Shown here: positions 49,097-63,620 of the stretch, piece after piece
How the letters are laid out: each line of letters starts with the position of its first letter
Position numbering within the stretch: position 1 is the stretch's first letter
Assembly: GCF_006345805.1 (NCBI RefSeq)
Contig: NC_043000.1
Location: 4,402,001-4,466,000 of the forward strand
Source: Octopus sinensis
Lineage: Eukaryota
Reading direction: 5' to 3'
DNA: 64,000 bases
Notes under the pieces: generated by a model
Seen by the model: the letters and a program-made list of their open reading frames with translations, nothing else
Told to the model about the DNA's origin: nothing
The model's database searches: none
Position numbers and translations under genes: made by a program

Positions 49097-49554
49097 TGTT
49101 GATAATGAAGAGGAGAGTGGAGATTTTATTCTTATCTGAAAACTTCTTTATTTAAAAGTTTTCTACAACATATATGTCTGACCTACATATGTTTCAACTG
49201 CAGTGAGTACACATTACTTTGTATGCAATTATACATTCTACTCATTGCAGTTTCATCAAGGGTACATCACTCACGACCTTTTCAAAGTGAACTGATTCAA
49301 ACAAGCGTCCTGCATTGGTATTCACTTAAAGGTAATAGCATTATTGTTTATATTTGATAGAATGCTGGTCTTATAATCACCTCTGCTGGTATTACAGTTG
49401 AAGTATGTTTTTAAAGATGTTTATTCAATTTCGATTAATTGTAGCAATTTTGTTTACATGTTGTTGTATGGAGTACATTATTTATTCAGAGGTATTGTAC
49501 TTATTTTGGGTTTATACCCTCAATTATTGTTATTATTATTATTCTTTCGTAACA

Positions 49555-49725
49555 CTGTGTAGGTAAAAATCCACCAGAGTCTTTATTCATCTGTCAAGTC
49601 TTCTTAAGGCAACTGGAAATCCCATGCAAGATTGATGTCTTACAAAAAGTAGCCTTATTAGGCACAGCACACATCTTAAGGAAAGTATTATCTGTCTGAG
49701 GTCCTTGTTGTGACTTGACAAATGT
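49555..49725 (+). mobile_element. R4/Dong-like non-LTR retrotransposon 3' end
   Basis: LQKVALLGTAHILRKVLSV* terminal motif. Confidence 0.65.
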
Positions 49726-50152
49726 GAGTATTTTATAATATATTAATCAAGTTTTACTTAATTTTCTTAAATGCTTTTTTTCAGGTCAATCCTGCTCTGA
49801 ATGTAAATTTTCATTACAGGTAACACTTATTCCTTGTTGAACAACAAAATATAGAATATTAAGATTATTTAAACATTTTTGTGGCTATATTACTTTGAAA
49901 TACATTGCTTTTGTTTTAATTAATTTTGAAAAATTGGAAGAATTTACTAAAATAACTTTAACATTACTAAGCTGGTAGTTGGAACACAAATTAACCTGAA
50001 ATTTTGCTGAGAGGCTTGAATAGTTTTCTGCATCAGATTTTCCTCCTCATCAGTAAATGCTTTTTTCTAGGTTCTTGATCTGTTTGTAAATGTTTATTAA
50101 AGGCAACGCATGTTCCTTGTTGAATAACCAACTATGGAATATTTAAATAATT

Positions 50153-50372
50153 TTAACACTTTTGTTACCATATTTCTGTTGAAATTTTGTTTCAATTTTG
50201 AAAATAATAAAGGATTTGATGAAATAACTTTAATATAAAACTGGTATTTGGAATATAAATCAATATAAAATTTTGATGAAAGTTTTTAATTTAGATAATT
50301 CTAAAATATGAATTTTGTATCATAGAACAAGGATGGGAGCAGTTTAAGGTGGTTGGGTATCAAAAGGGTTAA
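50153..50372. mobile_element. piggyBac-type MITE
   Basis: ttaacactttgttacc ... ggtatcaaaagggttaa. Confidence 0.65.
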
Positions 50373-51559
50373 ACATACCAAAAAAATATGTTTCTGGTGG
50401 GAGTGGAAGCTATTTACCATGATGGTGCCAGCTCTTTACCATAATGCTGCCATGATGGTCCACATTCTGTAATTATGTGCCAAGTGGTGGTGGTGGTGGT
50501 TGTGGTGGTAGCAGGAACAATATTGATGGTGGTGGTGGTGGTGGTGGTGGCTAGCTGCAGATCAACCCGCATTCGGAAGAACTATGATCAAAGGCATTCC
50601 AACCATGACTATCCTATCTTCTTCCTATGTGCCAAGGGAACCCATTCCCTGCCAAAGACCACATTAGCCAACAAGTTCCTTTTTAAGATATTAAGGTGTG
50701 ATCTGAGTAAGATTTAGCTGCTATTTCAAGCAAGCCAAACAGCAACATAGAGGCTCCCTCACAAAGTTTATATATTGGATATTGAGCATCAAAGTAATTG
50801 ACCACACTCAATGGTTACAAAAGTACAAAGGGACTGACTCCTTAGATACAGCTAGCCATCACCACAAACTCAAGATATTAATGACTCAAGAGCTCTCGTC
50901 TCAAATGAAATCCTATTTCATCTTTGTTGTTATTAGAAATGAAACATAAATTCCCTCTTTGTTCTTCACTTAGCATTTTCTCTTGCCGACCCTTTCATAA
51001 TAGGATCAAATTACTATTGACTACTATTACCATAAAAAAAATCATCTGGACAAATATTTGTGGCAATCACTAAAATTCTGATGTCAGATATTTTTATAAT
51101 TATCTTTAAAAGAGACAGAACTTGGTGGAAATTATTTTCTTTAGATTAGATTATCTTTACTCTCACTTCGTTTCACTTCACTTGATGTTTAACAGGGTTG
51201 ATGAACTGTTTCAGCTTGTTCAACATTGATTTCATACGACATTAGCTTTCTTTCAATTCTACTCACCCTAATCAGCTAACTTTATGGTTTTATAATTGCT
51301 TTCTAATTCCTTGGAACAACCAATTTCAAGAAAACTTATTGCTGTTCAGATGTGCTTCTTCAGATTGAAACACTCCAAGTATTGATGTGAATAACTGGTT
51401 CATCTAATTATATTGATATAATATAAGTGATTGCTAATTTAGACACAAAACCACAAGTGTATGGGATTGGGTATTGCTGATTAAATAATTTTCAGTACTT
51501 AACCAGTACTTAATTGATCAGCCCTAGAAGAATGAAAAGCAAAGCTGGCCTCAGAAAGA

Positions 51560-51760
51560 TTCAAACGGCCAGTTTAGAAGCATTTCAGAATGCCATGCCA
51601 AGAATCTGTCCCTCATTAGCTTTGTTAGGTCGTCAATTTTATGATATTTGTCTCTCCTAATAGCATCTGTGTAGGTGAGTTGTCTTTGTCCTCTATATGA
51701 CAAAAGGAATTTCACAATGCAGCAGAATGTAAAAGGACACGAATGAATATTACAAGGAGA
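51560..51760 (-). mobile_element. Degraded RTE-type LINE C-terminus
   Basis: RGQRQLTYTDAIRRD...DDLTKLMRDR resembles the TLSYPDVISRD..QQDLRNAIIDR peptide at about 15625-15700. Confidence 0.5.
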
Positions 51761-51890
51761 TTTTCTCCAAACACCTTTGTCAAATGTATCATCCACAGCC
51801 CTTATGTGATATGTATTGATAATGGAGTGACAAAAATGGCTGACATTCTTGATTTCTAAGAGACAATCAAGTAAGCAATAAACTCTCCGG

Positions 51891-52305
51891 TATCTTTTAC
51901 TCTTTTACTTGTTTCAGTCATTTGACTGTGGCCATGCTGGAGCACCACCTTTTAGTCGAGCAAATCGACCCCAGGACTTATTCTTTGTAAGCCTAGTACT
52001 TATTCTATCGGTCTCTTTTGCTGAACCGCTAAGTTACAGGGACGTAAACACACCAGCATCGGTTGTCAGGCGATGTTGGAGGGACAAACACAGACACACA
52101 AACATATACACACACACATACATACATATATATATGTACATATATATGACGGGCTTCTTTCAGTTTCCGTCTACCAAATCCACTCACAAGACTTTGGTAA
52201 GCCCAAGGCTATAGTAGAAAACACTTGCCCAAGGTGCCACGCAGTGGGACTGAACCTGGAACCATGTGGTTGGTAAGCAAGCTACGTACCACACAGCCAC
52301 TCCTA
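51891..52305 (-). mobile_element. SINE family 2
   Basis: Full-length copy. Confidence 0.85.
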
Positions 52306-52639
52306 TGCATACACAGCCACTCCTACACCTAAAAGGATAATTATTTGTATTCCTTACCACAGTTGAATAATGAAATGCTGTCTGAGTCACCATTCATTCT
52401 ATAGTTCAGAATTTGGTCCTTCACATCAAAACCAATATGACCCCCTTCTTATAATTTAGTCTCTAAGACTAGAATGTTCGATTCTAACCCTTTATTTTAT
52501 AGTTGAACAGGAAAAATATTCATGGTCTTCTAAAAATTAGTAAACAGGACTTTAAAAATCAACTGGGATCCTGATATTTGGTTGACTAAAGTATTTTCTT
52601 TAAAAACAAAATAAACCAAGATTAGATAATCCTCCGTCT

Positions 52640-52826
52640 CCTCATCATCATCGTTTAACGTCCGTTTTCCATGCTAGCATGGGTTGGACGGTTCGACCGG
52701 GATCTGGGAAGCTAGGTGGCTGCACCAGACTCCAGTCTGATCTGGCAGTGTTTCTACAGCTGGATGCCCTTCCTAACGCCAACCACTCCGTGAGTGTAGT
52801 TGGTGCTTTTTACGTGCCACCGGCAC
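52640..52826 (-). mobile_element. RTE LINE 3' UTR
   Basis: Conserved tail. Confidence 0.75.
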
Positions 52827-53988
52827 AGATGTTTATTAAAAAGATAAACAAGCTGAAAAGCTTAAGGAGCTGTTGATCACAGTATTTGAGCTTTAACTTC
52901 TGTTGTTGTTGTGATTTAACCACAGGCCAGCTTTAATCAAACAGACCTATGATGGAAACATTCTAACTATAACAGTCCAATCTCGTTTCCATGCATTGCA
53001 TCTAGGCCTACTTTGTCTAATGTATCCTTCCTTTATTAAGATAACAAAATGTGGTTTAAAAGAAATTTTTGGTATTGTTTCTAGCAGGCTGAGTGAGCAG
53101 AAAAAGGTTCCCATTTTGGCTCATGGCTACTGATATTATGCGTATATGTGAAATAGTTAAGTAGCATGCAGTATGACACTACCTGTGCATAAGTCTTCTA
53201 GTTAAATACCTGGCAGGTATTTCACTATGATTCAGTGTCCTACTCCAGTAGAGATTTTATCTTTCATCTGCTTAACACCATGAAGTTATTTGTTAAGTGT
53301 AACTGACTCTTGAAAGCCTCTTGAAATTCAGGAGACATTTACGTTTCATCTAAAAGGGAAGAGTAAATTGAAAAGGCTTGGAATCCTCAAGTCTTATACA
53401 GGTAAGCTATTTGGGAAGGTCATAACTGAATAAAAACGGACACATCACCACCACCACCACCACCATCATCATCATCTTTTAATGTCCTTTCTCTATGCTG
53501 GCATGGGTTGGACAGTTTGACAGGAGCTGGTCAGCTGGGGAGCTGCCCAGGTTCCATTTGTCTGTTTTGGCATGGTTTCTATGGCTAGATGCCCTTTCTA
53601 ATGCCATACATTTAACAGAGTGTCCTGGGTGCTTTTATGACCCAAAAGGATCAAAAGCAAAGCTGACTTTGACATGATTTTAACTCAGAATACAGGGAGT
53701 CAGAACAAATACCACAAGGTATTCTATTCAATACTCTGAACAACTCAGTCTATTTGCTGTTTTAATAGGTATTGTGTAAAAGAAAATCTCAGTGGTGTAA
53801 CTGTAGGGGAGATATATGGCTACTCACATTTAGGGGAGAGAGTGAGAATGAATCAGTAAGAGCTGTGAAGAAAAAGATAGAAGTGATGAAGAGTCCAGGT
53901 GGCACCTCCAAATGTGAGGTGAGTAAAAGTAAGTGGAGGCAGAGAAGCTAGGAGTGTGTGTGTTGGTGAGGGCTTGTAAGAATGTATG

Positions 53989-54284
53989 TTTGTTCCTTCA
54001 CGAGCCATGCCTGGCTCATAAGGAGTGGTTACCCGGTTTCCATGGTGTATAGGTTCCCCACCTGGACAGGACGCCGGTCCATCGCAGGTGAGCTGCAAAA
54101 TGCAGGAGGAAAGACTGAGAGAAAGTTGTGGCGAAAGAGTCAGCAGGAGTTCATCATTACCTTCTGCCGGAGCTGCATGGAGTTTAGGTGTTTCACTCAT
54201 AAACACACACATTGCCTGAGATTCGAACCCGTGATCCCGCGATCATGAGTCCACTGCTATAACCACTAGGCCATGTGCTTCCAC
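53989..54284 (-). mobile_element. SINE family 3 with TSD
   Basis: TSD aagaatgtatg / aagagtgtatg. Confidence 0.85.
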
Positions 54285-54889
54285 AAGAGTGTATGAGGTG
54301 AGGGGAGTCAGTATTTCATGAAAACTTTGCTCAAGCCTGAATAAACCTGTGCAAACATTTGGTCCACTCCGATCTACAGAGACCCTAGATATGATACCTG
54401 TTAACAATTATGGCCACTGAGAATCAAGTACTTTTACTACAGATACATTTAGGCGACAGTGATAGTATTTGAACTATAAAGCTTTCAGCTTATAGACTGG
54501 TTTATCATCAACTCAGCCAGCTGTTACTCTTTGATCAGAAGACTGTCTAGTTATAAAAGTGTTACTCATTTAATTCAAATGTAAGTTATATGTGAATGTT
54601 ATCCTACAGCGACCATCATGGAAAACTAGATGTAAAATCATGAAAGAGAAATATGATTACATTCTTATAAGGTATCTTAGATATAAATGGAACCAAAATA
54701 GAAGAAGACAAAGTAACGTCTAATGGTGAGTGTACTAAAATTCCATAGTAGTGAGGAATTCTCAGGTTGTGGTACTCACATAACATATCCATGCTATTGT
54801 GAACTGCCTCTATTGTAATTACTATTACTTGGACATCGCTTACCTCACTTGAATCTACCATTCCCTACCATCACATGATCATACTGTTA

Positions 54890-55380
54890 TCTTCATCATC
54901 ATCATCATCATCATCGTTTAACGTCCGTTTTCCATGCCAGCATGGGTTGGACGGTTTGACCGGGGTCTGGGAAACCAGGAGGCTGCGCCAGGCTCCAGTC
55001 TGATCTGGCAGTGTTTCTACAACTGGATGACCTTCATAACGCCAACCACTCCGTGAGTGTAGTGGGTGCTTTTTATGTGCCACCAGCACAGGGGCCAGAG
55101 GAGGCTAGCAAACAGCCATGATCGGTTGGTGCTTTTTACACATCACCGACATGGATGCCAGTCAGGCAGCACTGGCATCAGCCACGTTCGGATGGTGCTT
55201 CTTACATCCCACTGGCATGGGTATCATAACTACAATTTCCATTTGATTTTGATTTTGATTTTGCTGTTGATGTTGACATATTTGACTCAATAGGTCTCCT
55301 CAAGAACATCGGGTCACCCTACAATCCAATGTTAGCACAGCAGGCCATCCTGCGAGACATGAACTCACTTCATTTGCCAG
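54890..55380 (-). mobile_element. RTE LINE 3' UTR
   Basis: Conserved tail. Confidence 0.75.
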
Positions 55381-55914
55381 GTCTTCGCTATCCACTGCCA
55401 TCCCAGGCCCATACCATCAAACCTAACTCTAATCTAGCTACTATCCACTACCATCACGCCCATACCATCAGTACCTACCTCTAATTTAGATACCATCTAC
55501 TACAATTTCATATCTATACCACCAGCCCCTACCTCTACTCTAGCTGCTACCTCCTACCTCTACTCTCACTACCATCTTTTACCATCTTATACATCTATAC
55601 CACCACCACGTATCTCTTCTGTAGCAACCATCCACTACCATCACATGAACACAGCACCATCATCTAATTCTATTCTAGCTACCATCCACTACTATTACCT
55701 CACTGCATTATTATTTATCTCTGCTGTGACTACCATCCACTACAATTATGCCATCATGAATTGCCTCTTCTGTGGCTACTATTCTGCCATAAACAAATGA
55801 TGAGAAGCAAATAAATCTCATTATTTGACTTTTATTACTAAACAATCATTGACTGAACTTTGCTCATAAGACTGATTATCCGAAAATGAAACAGAATAAT
55901 AATATATAAGCAAA

Positions 55915-55944
55915 AAATTTATAATGATAATAATGATGATAATA

Positions 55945-55983
<39 letters not shown>

Positions 55984-56085
55984 TGATGATGATGATGATG
56001 ATGATGATAATAATAATGAGAATAATAATAATAATGATGATGATGATAATAATGAGAATAATAATAATAATATTAATAATAATAT

Positions 56086-56116
<31 letters not shown>

Positions 56117-56119
56117 AAT

Positions 56120-56154
<35 letters not shown>

Positions 56155-56275
56155 TGATGATGATGATGATGATAATAGTAATGATAATAGTAATAATAAT
56201 AATGATGATAATGATGATGATGATGATGATGATGATGATAATAATAATAATAATAACAATAATAGTAATAATAAC

Positions 56276-56329
<54 letters not shown>

Positions 56330-56350
56330 CAACAACAACAATAACAACAG
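55915..56350. repeat. (AAT)/(GAT) microsatellite
   Basis: Direct inspection. Confidence 0.95.
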
Positions 56351-57216
56351 TTCATTAAAATAGTTAGCAATAATTATATATAGAGAAAAAAGTTAAAGAT
56401 AGTTATCTAATAGTGTGCTCAATGATTAATGGGAATTATATGATAATCTCCTCTGGCTTAAGAAATCCTTACTCTCCATTTACTCTCCATTTACTCTCCG
56501 TTTACTCTCTTCATTAAGTCTTTTAAGCTGTCATACATAATGGTTAAAATGTTGGATTTCATAACTCTTGATTGTAAGGTCTCACATTTGTTAGTGCTGT
56601 CACTTAATTGGCCAGACAGAATCTTTGTTGTCATGGATATTGGTAATATTCAATTGAACATATAGCAGGAATATTCGCAAGAGTTCCACACACCAACTCA
56701 CTGCCTAGAAATTGAACCACATCACTGTATTCACATGTATAAATAACAGTAACAGAAACAGGATGTTGTCAAGGATTACTGATGCTTCAAATTACTGACC
56801 ACTCAAATCAATATACTCAGCAGATGTTTAATTCATTAAATGTTTTTCTTTGACAGACAGCAGCTATATGCTATTATTATTATTTTTTTTCTGCTAACCT
56901 CTGCTAGAAATTATCAACAAATTTAGTATCAAAACTTTGATACTAAATATAGGTCTTTTTATCGTTAAATGTAAGAGAAGCTGTACCCATTAGTTTGCTA
57001 TAGTACTATAGCAAAAGTACGTCCATAAAAGTTCAATCTATATTCAGCAATTTTTTTGTCAATGACTGGCTAAAATCAAGGTTTTAACATTTGTAAAGCT
57101 CAAAACTGACATTTGTAATGCCTACAAAACTGACAAAACTTATCCACATCTTCAAACACCATTATATGAACACTCATATGCAAAGCGTACCCTTAGTAAA
57201 ATTCATCCTCTCTCTC

Positions 57217-57795
57217 TGACATATATAACACAAATACGGACGTAGCAGATAACAGCTAACCTTCAGCCGCTTAGGCCCAGTTGTATCCCCAACTCTGATT
57301 GGTTGGTTTTGGCGCAGTTTGTCTCTTGCTTTATTTCGTGCCAATGTGTGACCCAACCAATCGCAGCCTTCTGATAAGGTCCCGTGACATAGTCTTCTAA
57401 ATTCTCTTCTGGAGTCTCCTATTTGCTATATAAGCTTCAGCGATTCACCCTATCTCGTCTTTGGCTCTCGACCTTCCAAGGTCTAGTCACTGACCACAGA
57501 GCGACACAGCCAGTTCCAACGACAGCCAGTTCCAGCAACAGACAACACCACTGCAGTATTCAGGACCTCTAACACCATCGCCTTCATCCTGCTAATTTAG
57601 GGCATTGGACTATGTATCCGATAGTTCTTGACTTGTCTAATTGCCTTTTGATGCCATTTTTGGTTACATACCCATTCCAAACTGAATGACTCGGTTCAAC
57701 AATTCCATTGCGGCGCAGTTGATTGAATTCTTTCATAAACTGTTTGCCTTGGATACCAAATCTTCAGTGTATAAGAACTAGCTTTATCAATGTCA
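57217..57795 (+). mobile_element. Probable solo LTR
   Basis: TGACAT...ATGTCA inverted termini, CCAAT boxes, TATATAAG box at about 57427; no TSD seen. Confidence 0.45.
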
Positions 57796-57798
57796 GCT

Positions 57799-58026
57799 TT
57801 AACTCTTTCGTTACTGTATTTATTTTGAGATGCTCTGTGTTTCTTTCAATTACTTTAAATATAACAAAGAATTTAGTAAAGTAACTTAGTTATAATTAAG
57901 CTAGTGTTAGGAACATAAATTATGACTAAGGTTTGGTGGAAGATTTTAATTCAAAACTTATGAAAACAAGACATTTTACCACAGAGCCAGAAGCAGTTTC
58001 AGCCAGGTTGGTATCGAAAGGGTTAA
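57799..58026 (-). mobile_element. piggyBac MITE, inverted relative to the adjacent array
   Basis: TTAA termini; same family as 32946-33425. Confidence 0.8.
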
Positions 58027-58068
58027 AAGACAACATTGACTACTGGCATGAGATTCCCATTAAACCCA

Positions 58069-59046
58069 TTAACCCTATCATTACCAACCCGGCTGAAACC
58101 AGCTCTGGCTCTTTAGTATAAATATCTGGTTTTCATAAGTGTTGAATTAAAATCTTCCACCAAACCTTAGTCACAATTTATGTTCCTAACACTAGCTTAA
58201 TGGTAACTAAGTTATTTCACTAAATTCTTTGTTATATTTAAAGTAATTGAAAGAAACACAGAGTATCTCAACAGAATATGGTAACAAAAGGGTTAAAATA
58301 TATAATAAGAAACAATTCTTAACCCTTTCATTACCAACCCGGCCAAAACTGGCTCTGGCTCTGAGTACCAAGTCTTGCTTTCATAAGTTTCGAATTAAAT
58401 CTTCTTCCACCAACCTTAGTCACAATTTATGTTCCAACACTAGCTTAAGGTAACTAAGTTTTCACTAAATTCTTTGTTATATTAAAGTAATTGAAAGAAA
58501 CACAGAGTATCTCAACAGAATATGGTAACAAAAGGGTTAAAATATATAATAGAGAAACAATTCTTAACCCTTTCATTACCAACCCGGCCAAAACTGGCTC
58601 TGGCTCTGAGTACCAATGTCTTGCTTTCATAAGTTTCGAATTAAAATCTTCCACCAAACCTTAGTCACAATTTATGTTCCTAACACTAGCTTAATGGTAA
58701 CTAAGTTATTTCACTAAATTCTTTGTTATATTTAAAGTAATTGAAAGAAACACAGAGTATCTCAACAGAATATGGTAACAAAAGGGTTAAAATATATAAT
58801 AGAGAAACAATTCTTAACCCTTTCATTACCAACCCGGCCAAAACTGGCTCTGGCTCTGAGTACCAATGTCTTGCTTCATAAGTTCGAATTAAAATCTTCC
58901 AAATCTTCACCAACCTTAGTCACAATTTATGTTCCTAACACTAGCTTAATGGTAACTAAGTTATTTCACTAAATTCTTTGTTATATTTAAAGTAATTGAA
59001 AGAAACACAGAGCATCTCGAAATAAATACATTAACAAAAGGGTTAA
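58069..59046 (+). mobile_element. Tandem array of four piggyBac MITE units (period 245-250 bp)
   Basis: Units 58069-58296, 58319-58540, 58564-58790, 58814-59046. Confidence 0.9.
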
Positions 59047-59661
59047 AGTCAAAAAGCATTTTTTGATGTTTTGATATAAAGTTTCTGTTGATGACATACC
59101 GATTCTTCATCAACTCTGCAATTTGGTATTTTGTCCAAAATTTCATCGTAGATGAGCAGCATTTATGTATTTGTTCAGTTTTTGTATCAACATGTTTTTT
59201 AGTTTTTTTTTTGTGATTTTTTATCTAAAAAAGATATGAGCTTTTATTTATGATGCATTCTTCAATATAAGACTGGGTGGATCCATTATTGATCATAGCA
59301 ATTAGTGTAGGTTCTCCAATAGTTATTTCTTTTATCATCCAATTAGATTCTCCATTAACGAACAATATAAGTTTGGTAAATACTTTTCAGTCTTACTTGA
59401 CTGTAAAATGGATGCCATTTTTTTCGAACAGTTTCTCATGAAAAATAATTTTATGCATACTAGATTTTTGTTAGAGCTATCCTCTTTTCTCTGATTCAGG
59501 AATGTCTTCAAAAATGTCCCTTTAAATGACAAACATCAACATTCAATTAATTGTTCAGGACAGCTAATATACAGATGAGAGAAACTTCCACAGAGATAAC
59601 ACGTCTTTATTTGGTGAGGAAAATTTTAGGATTTTATTTTTGTGTTTTGCTTGAATGAATA

Positions 59662-59985
59662 TTAAAGGTTTTCAATTAAATATTCATTTTTCAGTGAGGT
59701 TATCATCAAACACAGTTTCAGGCAACAGAGTGTTTTTGAAACAACAGCCTCAAGATCAATATCTGTCAGTGCCAAAATAACAGCCTCAAGGTCAAGATCT
59801 GTCTTTGCCAATAATTTTTCATGAATTTCCTCATTAGCAATTCTGGAAACAGAATCATCTACTGTTATATCATGCTGCAAAGCAGTGACATTTTGCACCA
59901 ATAACTTTAAGCTTGATGTTTTAATACCTTTAGAAAACATTTCTATGTTTCTCCATTGCATTGTTGAGCTGTAAGTATATAACAC
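59662..59985 (-). mobile_element. Possible degraded Ty3/gypsy gag remnant
   Basis: SRIANEEIHEKLLAKTDLDLEAVI resembles gag-region motifs. Confidence 0.35.
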
Positions 59986-60829
59986 AGTTGCTTGAAGGCA
60001 ACATCTAAAATGTCAAGAACTTGTTGATAAGCTTGACAACTTTGAATACAGTGAAATTTATCATTTGACAAATAATTTATTAATGATTCAAATTTATCAG
60101 CATTACTGAGACAGTTATGTTGACAACATATGTAGGAGGTCTAAATTCAAAACTATTGAAGCCACAAAATTTCTGAGGCTGGTTTATCAATATCAGTATT
60201 TTGAATAGTTTAGTGATGTCATCTTCTCATAATTGAGATAAAGTGCCTTCTTGCTTCTACCTGAGGAGTTGTGGAATTGTCATGAATTGACATTTTATTT
60301 GTGGTTTGCACCTAGAAGTAGATTATAATTATTTGAAAATGTGTTGTGAAAAGAATATGAGGAGCAAATAAATCTTATTATATGTTTCTCATAAATCTTA
60401 TTAGTTGACTTTTATTGCTAAGCAATCACTGATTGAACTTTATTCACAAAACTCTGATTGTCTTCTGAATAATAATATAAACAAAATAGGAACAGGTTAA
60501 TAATGGCTCATAGAGAATCATATTACTCATCCATTAACATCCCTTAATAATACCACCATCATGAAATAGCTCAACTGTGCAAGCTAGTGAGAAAGTCTCG
60601 ATGCAGTCTCTCAAACTGCAAGAAATTGCAGTGAAATATTTGTCTATTCGTCATATACTGGTCTTACATTAAACCTTTTGACTCCATTTATTTAATTTAA
60701 TTTTGAGAATATTGTAAGAATTTTGTAAAATAATTTTATCATTATCAAGATGGTGATTGGAACATAAATTAACATAAAACTTTGATGGAAGGTTTTAATA
60801 ATATCACTTAAAATATGAAGAAAAAATTT

Positions 60830-63116
60830 GCCAATGTTCTGCATCGTGATGACCAAAGACTTGGGGTGTTTCATGTTGCAAGACAGTGCATGTGAGAGAA
60901 CCGTGATGTTATAGGAGAGAAGTGTGTCCGCATGGATGACGGCTCACTTGCATTTAATGAGGCTGCAAGAAGAGGGACTTGGAGATGCCACTATGAATGG
61001 TTGCTAAATGAAAAGAATGAATAGGAGAAAGATAGTTTGCCAAATGTCAACCCAACAGAGGGACCAGCTGTCTGAATAGTACCTTGGTAGATAAAGCAAT
61101 TAAGGATATGAAAAAAGGGAAAGCCCCCAGCCCATCAGGAATCACTGCAGAGATGCTCAAGATATCTGGCAGTGTTGGCTATAGTCTAGCCATCCGTATA
61201 GTTAACCAGGTGATACATAAAGGAGTGATACCCAATGACTGGTGTAGCAGCACCATAGTCAACTGCTACAAAGGTAAAGGTGACGCTCTAGATACAAATA
61301 ATTACAGAGGTATCAAGTTGTTGGATCAGGTAATGAATGTAACGGAGAGGGTCATAGTCCAACTAATTAGAGAGAAAGTCAGTCTAGATGAGATGCAGTT
61401 TGGGGTTGTACCAGGGAAAAGCACCACTGATGCTATATTTCTGGTAAGACAGCTGCAGGAAAAATACCTAGCCAAAGAGAAACCTCTGTACCTCACTTTC
61501 ATTGACATGGAGAAAGCCTTTGAGAGGGCCCCCGATCCCTTACCTAATGGTCAATGAGGAAACAAGGGATAGATGAATGGTTAGTGAGAGCTGTACAAGC
61601 CATGCACAGAGATGCTGCCAGTACGGTGAAGTGTTGGCAACGAGTACAGTGAAGAATTCCGGGTAGAGATAGGGGTCCACCAAGGATCAACCTCAGCTGC
61701 CTCTTATTCATCATAGTCCACCAGGAAATAACAAAAGAATTCAACACAAGATGCCCCTGGGAGCTCCTCTATGCTGATGACCTTGCTCTAATTGCTAATA
61801 TCAGAACTAGAGGAGAAGTTTTAGGTGTTGAAGCAAGGATTAGAATCAAAGGGCCTTAGAATCAATCTAGCAAAAACCAAAGTCTTAATAAGTAGTAAGG
61901 CAGACAAACCACAAACCCCTTCAGGTAGATGGCCCTGCTCGATGTGTAGAAAAGGCATGAGTAGAAACTCCATAAGATGTACCCTGTGTAAGCTATGGAC
62001 ACATAAGAGGTTCAGCAATATCAATGGAAGGCTAACTCGGAAGATACTTTTTGTGTGTGGTAAATGCACAGGAGCAATAAACATTGAAAGTGTGCAGAGA
62101 ACAGCTTCCATCACATTCCAGGGGGAAAAGCTACAAGTAGTTGATAGTTTCCGTTACCTAGGTGACCAAGTCAGTAGTTGGATGCTCTGAAAGTGAAATT
62201 GCAAGAGTAAGGATAGCTTGGGCAAAATTCAAAGAGCTCCTACCTCTGCTGGTGACAAAGGGCATCTTGCTCAGAGTAAACGGTAGAGTGTATGACGCAT
62301 GTGTGCAAACAGCCATGCTACATGGCAGTGAAACATGGGTCGTGACTGCCGAGGACATGTGTAAGCTTGCAAGGAATGAAGCCAGTATATGCCACTGGAT
62401 GTGTTAATGTCAGTGTGCATACTCAACAGAGTGTAAGCACCCTGAGAGAAAAGTTGGACTTAAGAAACATCAGATGTGTATGCAAGAGAGACAACTGCAC
62501 TGGTATGGTCATGTATTGCGAATGGATGAGGTAGACCCAGGAAGATCTGGGATGAGGTGGTGAAGCACGATTTTTGAAAATTGGGCCTCACCAAGGCAAT
62601 GACCAGTGACCGAGACCTTTGGAGACATACTGTGCTTGAGAAGACCTGGCAAGCCAAGTGAGACCATAACTGTGGCCTATGCCAGTGCTGTGTGATTAGC
62701 CCATTTAAGAGTACACTTCAATCATTGGACAATAAACTACACTTGTGAAGACCTGTTGAGGCAAGTGAAATCACTATCGTGGCCAACGACAGTACCGCTT
62801 GATTGGCACTCATGCCAGTGGCACGTAAAAAGCACCATTTGAGCGTGGTCATTGCCAGTGCCACCTAACTGGCTCCTGTGCAGGTGGCATGTAAAAAGCA
62901 CCATTTGAGCATGGCTGATACCAGTACCGCCTGACTGGCCCTCATGCCAGTGGCACGTAAAAGCACCCACTACACTCTAAGAGTGGTTGGCATTAGGAAG
63001 GGCATCCAGCTGTAGAAACTTTGCCAGATCAGATTGGAGCCTGGTGCAGCCTGCTGGCTCGCCAGCCCTCAGTCAAACCACCCAACCCATGGCAGCATGG
63101 AAAGCAGACATTAAAA

Positions 63117-63149
<33 letters not shown>

Positions 63150-63150
63150 A
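60830..63150 (+). mobile_element. 5'-truncated RTE-clade LINE (RT ORF2 pseudogene plus 3' UTR)
   Basis: KGKAPSPSGI, YKGKGDA..NYRGIKLL, QFGVVPGKSTTDAIF, FIDMEKAF, LYADDL, FRYLG, LHGSETW; (gat)n tail. Confidence 0.92.
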
Positions 63151-63289
63151 ATGATGATAATATATACAAGTATAGTGGATAGAATGGAAAAAGTTCAGAT
63201 CAGGCAGACTACTATTAAGACATACATATACAGGTTAAGTTAGCCTCAGGTTTGACTTGAGCACTTCTATGCTATGTGTTTCATAAGAA

Positions 63290-63620
<331 letters not shown>

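Noticed and set aside
51551-51796. 81-aa ORF as a gene
   Set aside because: Its C-terminal half matches an RTE LINE terminus
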